From the NCBI GenBank assembly GCA_051294375.1, contig CM119268.1, forward strand, positions 10,825,790 through 10,889,789: 64,000 nt of DNA. Direction: 5' to 3'. The translations under genes were made by a program, and so were the position numbers. The notes beneath the pieces are model-generated. The model did not search any database and was not told the origin of the DNA. It saw only the letters and a program-made list of their open reading frames with translations. The first letter of the stretch is position 1. Each line of letters starts with the position of its first letter. Shown here in pieces: positions 62,436 to 64,000 of this stretch. Origin of the DNA: Paraspadella gotoi. Lineage: Eukaryota; Animalia; Chaetognatha.

Positions 62436-64000
62436 TTTTGTCGGAAGGAGATGAAAGCCGAAGGAATTCGTTACCTTTGATATCGCCACTTTTCCAACTC
62501 ATATTTTATTGAGGTAGTCCATAAACTCAATTTCGATATCTCATTGTTTTCTTCAGTAAAATAAGCAGCACCATTCCTTGCATGGCACTGTTGTGATCTC
62601 AGAACTTCGCTCACGGGAAGGAAAGGGCAATAAATGAATGAATAAAACTTTCCAAAATTGTTTTTTTATAAAAAAAAATATTCGAAATGAATGAAGGACA
62701 CGAAAGTTTCTTCCCAACAACTGAATAGTTGACAGCCGGAGCGCACATCTCGAGCACTCTGTCTCGCTCGCGCTGTTCATTTCATTTAATGGGTGAGCGA
62801 CAACGGTTTTTTCAGTCCAGTGACTCCGTCGGTCTCCTTTTCCTCTCCCCGGATGCTTCTCTCTCTCTTTTTCTATATTCTTTTTTTAATTTCATCCTTT
62901 TTCCCCCCAGTTTTTTTATTCTCTCTTAATTCATTTCTTTTCTTTTTCTACACTTTTTTTATTTCTCCCGTCTTTACTTTCTTTTAATTTTTTTATTCCA
63001 TTTCAGTTTCTTTCGCACATAATTCTTCACGTTTGTTGTCAGTATTTTTTTTTTCATTGTCCCAGGTCGGGCCCAGATTAGCTGAAAGGCTTCCTTATCG
63101 GTCGGCAAAGTTATCTGTAAGTTTTCAAAATATAAACTCAAAATTTATTCATACATATTTCATAGATTAAACCTATTTGAATAACCAACTTGAACCAACG
63201 GCTTGATAATTGATTTATACTTTGTGCCACAAACGACGGCCGCGCTTGAGCTAAATGCCAAGGAAGTCGTCATTTGACATTTAGCGTTCGTTCGGAGTTC
63301 AATTAAGACTGTTGTTTATTCGGGAGCCATTTTGGTAAACTTTATTACGACAATCGTCAATCAATGACACGTATTATCAAACAATATGGAAATATCATTA
63401 AACGGTCCATTCTAACTTCTGGTTAACCCTTAATACATCAATCAAGAGTAAATATTTATCACAAACGACGAACGAACGACGAATTCTGGTGACTTATTTA
63501 AAAAAAAAAAACAGTGGCCACTCTCATCATGTCAGTTGCTACCATTGCCTCTTGAGTCAAGATAACCTTTTAATCGCCTTTTTTTCCTTTTCCTTTAAAA
63601 AGCTTTATATTCACATGGAAAGTCAAAGACAGACACTTTATTATTTTGCAATTCCCACCATGACAGTTACATCTTCGGAAGGGAGTCTTGTAGAATTTCT
63701 CAAAGTAGTCTTATTTCTTGACAACTCGTCCGAGCTTTTTTCTTCTGGCCATCTAATCCAATACATTGATCCCCTTTTCTTGCCAACTTTTCCTAAACTT
63801 TCGCTTCCTCATTCAGCCATCTCATCCGAGACATTCCTCGTCTCGCCCAAGGGCGACGTCAACTCAGAAACACCCGACTCGTTGCGCCATTTTAAAACTT
63901 CTTTCACAAATCGTTTCCTTCTTCGTTCCCGTCTCCAATTCTCATTTTCTTCTTTCCTTTTTTCCTCCCTTTTCTTTCCTCCATCCTCTAACTCGCTCTC

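Overview
AT-rich, microsatellite-rich genomic DNA from an invertebrate animal, with spliceosomal introns and assembly gaps; the taxon cannot be determined from the sequence. The backbone is a large + strand peroxidasin gene. Eighteen of its exons are visible at 20708-56487 (5 LRR, LRRCT, 4 Ig, start of the heme peroxidase domain); exon 1 was not found, and the gene continues past the window. At least three multi-exon genes are packed in or against its introns. (1) A 19-exon + strand secreted ADAMTS-like metalloprotease at 13067-20253, with an atypical HExxHxxGxxD zinc motif, an F-type lectin domain and 13 ShK domains; it probably lies inside peroxidasin intron 1. (2) An 8-exon antisense gene at 28776-35264 encoding about 684 aa, with four copies of an uncharacterised domain and a C-terminal CCCAIM CaaX motif. 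(3) An antisense DOMON + cytochrome b561 (FRRS1-like) gene at 42951-46843. Introns also carry two hAT-type MITE families with 8-bp TSDs, a tRNA-derived SINE, Helentron-like elements, inverted-repeat elements with telomere-like cores, and a structured repeat with a degenerate hammerhead-like motif. A 2.4-kb tandem duplication at 3160-7893 is probably an assembly artefact. All gene models were spliced by eye and are not confirmed by transcripts.
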